Shown here piece after piece: positions 58,066 through 64,000 of a stretch of 64,000 nucleotides of DNA. Source of the DNA: Octopus vulgaris (Eukaryota); the NCBI GenBank assembly GCA_951406725.2, contig OX597815.1:5332001-5396000 (forward strand). The letters are read 5' to 3'. The notes under the pieces are model-generated. The model did not search any database and was not told the origin of the DNA. It saw only the letters and a list, made by a program, of their open reading frames with translations. Every line of letters begins with the position of its first letter. The stretch's first letter is position 1. The position numbers and the translations under genes are program-made.

Positions 58066-58217
58066 GCAAATAGACGTGGTGTCATTTGGTTTCAGACATT
58101 CGTGGTTGTAAGTTTCTGGGAAAGGCCGAACTTATCCATACACGTATATGAGTGTAGTTGTGTGTGAATGTATGTCGTATGTGTATCTCCGAACGTCAGT
58201 TTCTGTATACATGCATG

Positions 58218-58281
<64 letters not shown>

Positions 58282-58454
58282 ACTATGCACGTTCTCGCAC
58301 ACAAGTGCACGCACACGTACAATCTTCTTCTTGCAATCCACCGGTCCCAAAAAAAGTGTTTCAAGTCTTTCTAACTTCATCCATTTGAATTGAGATATTA
58401 TATCTGTAGGTCCATCCGTGTGTCTATATGTGTTTGTTTGTGTGTGAGTGTGCG

Positions 58455-58493
<39 letters not shown>

Positions 58494-58551
58494 CAGAAAT
58501 ATTAAAATTTCTAAGTCTCTCTAAAGGAGATTACGGCAACGTTACTGGAAA

Positions 58552-58600
<49 letters not shown>

Positions 58601-58680
58601 GAATGAGTGTATGTATATATGTATGTGTATATATATTTATATATATGATTCTGCGTGCGTATGTATGTCTCTCTCTCTCC

Positions 58681-58715
<35 letters not shown>

Positions 58716-58946
58716 AATATTGTGTTGATAAATATGGTAAGATATCCCGTGAAACACGTAAATATCGCTTCATTGATGTGCATGCTTGTTTTTAGCTTAT
58801 TCATATACACACGCTCATGCATTCATTCATACATAACTTTATACATACACGCGTATATACACGTCTGCTCTTGTATGTGTGCTCAATCTTGTGCATAGAC
58901 ACTTACATATACTCATACATATATTCTTACATACATAAGTACTTAA

Positions 58947-59560
58947 ATACATACATACATACATACATACATACATACATACATACATACATACATACAT
59001 ACATACGTACATACATACATACATATATACATACATACACGCACATACACACATACATACATACATACATACATGTATACATACATACATACATACATAC
59101 ATACATACATACACACATACATACATACATACATACATACATACACACATACATACATACATACATACATACATACATACATACATACACACATACATAC
59201 ATACATACATACATACATACATACATACATACATACATACATACATACATACATACATACATACATACATACATACATACATACATACATACATACATAC
59301 ATACACACACACACATACATACATACATACATACATACATGTATACATACATACATACATACATACATACATACATACACACATACATACATACATACAT
59401 ACATACATACATACATACATACATACATACACACATACATACATACATACATACATACATACATACATACACACATACATACATACATACATACATACAC
59501 ACATACATACATACATACATACATACATACATACATACATACATACATTCATACATACAT
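58947..59560. repeat. ~610-bp (TACA)n microsatellite
   Basis: Direct reading of the sequence. Confidence 0.95.
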
Positions 59561-59712
59561 ATGTACGTGTGTACATATTTAGTTAGTCAACATAGACAAA
59601 AAGTATATTTTTAATATACATAATTATGCAAATGTGTTCAATAGTATTCGTATATTTGTGTATATGTATATATATATGTGTGTGAAGGTGTAAATTTATA
59701 TGTATATGTACA

Positions 59713-59780
<68 letters not shown>

Positions 59781-61696
59781 GGAGTTCGTGCTAAAATATT
59801 TCTTTCTAACTCCTCAAGCTATGACAACACCTCACTCTTTTCAAAACTCCCAGATAACATCTCACTTCAGAATCACAGATCCGACATTTAAAACGACATT
59901 TTTTTTTTCACATCTAAAGAAACATTTGGAAATCCCTGGCGGCAGACGAATAATTTTCGTTTATTTGCAGAAAGTAGAACGATGGAAAAACGGTGTAGTG
60001 TTTTTGCAGACAGGACGTATTAAATAACAAGTTTTCTCACGTTTGCTATCACCGGGGTTCGAATCTTCACGAGATTCTCCCACCCGTCTAGCCATCCACC
60101 CCACAAATTAATGGTGTTACTACTATCGTGAGTTGTTGTTGTTGTCGTTGTGGTGGCCATGGTAGCTACTGGTGAATGAAAATGTATTTCTACAGCTGCC
60201 TGTAGAAGTAACTAATAACACTCAAACATTTAACAAACGATTTATTTACAACACATTGTGTTTTCCTTGTTTGTCCTTAAAGAAAAACTAAACAGCGACA
60301 GATACACACTGAGAGAGACATAGTAATGGGATCTAGGATAATTTAACTGATGTAGCAATCTGTGGCTGGCACATCACAACTGGAAAACAATTACGCTAGA
60401 TTCATGGCAGCAAAATCTATGTCTTCTGCCTGCTATTGGCTGGTGGTGCATGAGAACGGAAATGTCAAACAACTACCTCACCTGAGATTACCAACAAAAA
60501 CCATTTTTAGGGCTCAATGAGAAAGATCTAGGCAGCCAAACTCGATGGCCTGACGCTGATTTGTTGGTTAATAGGCCGATCACATGAAACAATTGTGGCT
60601 TGGTCGTGATGTCTACTCTGCCACTTAGCGATTCGATTTTGAATCTTTTACACTACAAACACATCATACTAATGGTGTTGCTACCAACATATATACTGGA
60701 GCGATGATGTCATGGGGGAGGGGCTCCATTGGTTATAGCTTAACCCGCAGCAGTAAAACAGCTGCATCCAAGCCCATCATATCCCGTCATCATGCCATTG
60801 AGGTTTATGCAAGAAAATGGCCACCTATTTATGGCCGGTACCACTTCGCACCAGTGTTGTCGCAGGCATTGCTGTCAGAACAGAAGAACAAGATCAAATA
60901 CCACAAAGATTATGCTCCGATCCTTTGTTAAATTGAGATGAAAGGCAGATTTGACTTCAGCGGGATTTGATCCAGAAGTGAACCGGAGCAATAAAATCGC
61001 ATCAATTTTCATGTATCAATGATAGATCTACAACTGTGTACCCTTATCATAATTCTTGTGTGGAATAAGTGTGTCGCCTTTTGACAAAGCTGCTCGAATG
61101 TATTAGAGGTACACTCCAATCGATGGGCTTCCACGCAGTTTCCGTTTGCCTAATTTTGCTCACAAAACATTTGTCAGTTTGAAGCCACGACAAATAAAAA
61201 ACCCAGTTTTCCCCAAGTTGTCACTCACTGGGATCGAACCTATGAATATTCTAAGAGCAGAGCGAACATTCTCACCACACATACACCACAGAGAAACGGA
61301 ACATATGTACGTTTGTATATGCGTGGGTCACCTAAATGCGCATATGTGATAGAATATAAAGGTTTTATAGATAAATATGTAGGTATGAGTGCGCACATAC
61401 TCTACTAAATGTAGCAAATAGTCTTTATTTGGTTGGTGTGTACTGTTCCCTGCAAACATCACACAGAACAAACACAAGAGCATACATACTTACATACACG
61501 AACACAAGCATATATCTATCCATTCATACATACATACACACACACAAATATGAGTTTATGTATTTACGCATATTTATAGGTATATATGTATGCATATATA
61601 TATATGTATGTGTGCATGTATATATATATTTACATATATATATACATATATACATATATTCATCCACACTAAGCATATATATATACATATTTAATT

Positions 61697-61820
<124 letters not shown>

Positions 61821-62033
61821 ATATATATAAAATTAAATGTGACAAGGGAATAAACAGTTATGTTATGAACTGCATTGGCTCACAGCTGTTTCTGCTATGA
61901 GATGCAATGCACTCATAATTGAATGCTTGAATATCACTTTATAACTTCCTCAAACTTTCAAAAGTGAAGTGTAAATACATATACATACACATATATGTGT
62001 ATTTGTGTGTGAGTGTGTGTGTGTGTGTGTAAA

Positions 62034-62079
<46 letters not shown>

Positions 62080-62083
62080 GAAT

Positions 62084-62116
<33 letters not shown>

Positions 62117-62136
62117 CATACACGTATACCTATACT

Positions 62137-62170
<34 letters not shown>

Positions 62171-62462
62171 GGACGATGTTACCAATTATTGAATTTTAAA
62201 AAGCAGTAACACACGATTTTGGTACGTCTGTATTTAGTGGATTTTTATTCAGAATAGAATAAAACGAAGCACACATTAATAACAGTTATTTTTAGAAAAA
62301 AATATTCCCCGTTTTCCTGTCTAATTTCCCCACTTTTTTTTAAATATTTCTTTAATTCTTGTATTCCTATGTGTTCAAAATCTTGTTATTGATATAATGT
62401 TCTTATATAATTTCTATATGTTATTGTGTTATCACTGCAAGAGAACAGAGAGTTACCAGCAC

Positions 62463-62603
<141 letters not shown>

Positions 62604-63069
62604 CATTGAGCGTAAAGATGGAAGCCATATTAGATGTCTCTACGTGGACGCAAAACCGACTAGAAATAGCAATCAAATTCTTCCCAAATTCGAATCTGTC
62701 TTTCAAAACAAGGAGAGAAATGTTGGATAATGTTGTGCAATATATGCTACCTGGAAAATAAAGACCGGATTTGTGTGGTTGGCTTGCCTCAAAGAGAAAA
62801 ATCTAAGGGAACTACACATCAGCACCAATAAAAAATATATATGCATGTATGCGTGTGTGTGTGTATGTACATATATATTTATTGTTAGATTGATAGATAA
62901 ATAGATAGATAGATACATACATACATACATACATACATACATGCATACATACATACATACATACATACCAACATATATAAATACATACATACATACATAC
63001 TTGCATACATACATAAACTTGCTAGCATCCAGTATGCAGTGATTTCAATTCTTGCATTTACAAGCTGCT

Positions 63070-63131
<62 letters not shown>

Positions 63132-63148
63132 TACACACAAACACATGC

Positions 63149-63209
<61 letters not shown>

Positions 63210-63225
63210 TACACACAAACACATG

Positions 63226-63269
<44 letters not shown>

Positions 63270-63285
63270 TACACACAAACACATG

Positions 63286-63338
<53 letters not shown>

Positions 63339-63341
<3 letters not shown>

Positions 63342-63580
63342 CGTAGGAGTGGCTGTGTGGTAAGTAGTTTGTTTACCAACCCCATGTTTCCGGGTTCAGT
63401 CCCACTGCGTGGCACCTTGGGGGCAAGTGTCTTTTACTATAGCCTCGGGTCGACGAAAGCCTTGTGAGTGGATTTGGTAGACGGAAACTGAAAGAAGACC
63501 GTCGTATATACACGTGTCTGTATATGTTTGTGTGTCTGTGTTTGTCCCCCCACCCCCACAACATCGCTTGACAACCGATG
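63339..63580 (+). mobile_element. SINE family A, 3'-truncated
   Basis: Complete head; ends at acaaccgatg and is followed by a 20-bp tandem repeat (tcacaccactaaacccgttg, ~2.3 copies). Confidence 0.8.
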
Positions 63581-63848
63581 TCACACCACTAAACCCGTTG
63601 TCACACCACTAAACACGTTGTCACACTCAAACTCGGCCTGTGACGCACTCATAAAGAGACGCAACTCGGAGCAAACTAACAAAGCAATAGCTTTATAAAC
63701 ATCCCATTGACAAGAGTCATTAAACTCGAAACATCGATGTCCGGCGTTCCTGATAGATGGCGGTACTGAACAAACCGGGTGTTTTCACCCCTTTTTCCCG
63801 TAAGAAAGATATCACAAACGTAATTTAACTAAACTCGGTTTTGTATAT

Positions 63849-63875
63849 ATCATCATCATCATCATCACCACCATC

Positions 63876-63907
<32 letters not shown>

Positions 63908-63914
63908 CATCATC

Positions 63915-63967
<53 letters not shown>

Positions 63968-64000
63968 CACCATCATCATCATCACCATCATCATCATCAC
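63849..64000. repeat. (CAT)n microsatellite
   Basis: Direct reading of the sequence. Confidence 0.95.

Noticed and set aside
61870-61900. Minus-strand GAAACAGCTGTG resembling a hammerhead 3' half
   Set aside because: No CUGANGA partner is visible and the triplet would be GUG.
63581-63627. 20-bp direct repeats considered as a CRISPR-like array
   Set aside because: Only about 2.3 adjacent copies, no spacers, eukaryotic context.

Overview
AT-rich eukaryotic DNA, almost entirely non-coding. The SINE families and very high (TA)n/(CA)n/(TACA)n/(GATA)n/(TTA)n load suggest an octopod cephalopod intron or intergenic region; this assignment is by recognition, not a database search. No intact host gene is supported, and most ORFs in the track are microsatellite translations. 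Contents: three families of tRNA-headed SINEs; decayed Tc1/mariner, pogo-type, Merlin/MULE-type and Helitron-like elements; RTE, RTE-X and R4/Dong non-LTR remnants; and two Penelope-like (PLE, probably Naiad-type) RT/GIY-YIG remnants. The most striking signal is a set of about nine fold-back (inverted-repeat) insertions with arms of about 45-420 bp, most sitting in (TA)n tracts. There are also about a dozen type-I hammerhead ribozyme motifs (CUGANGA...GAAA...UH), many inside those arms and always pointing outward. Four motifs have an unusually long 54-60 nt helix II domain. A separate six-copy short element carries a hammerhead-like fold with a CUGUNGA core. All RNA structures were read by eye; none was computed or tested.
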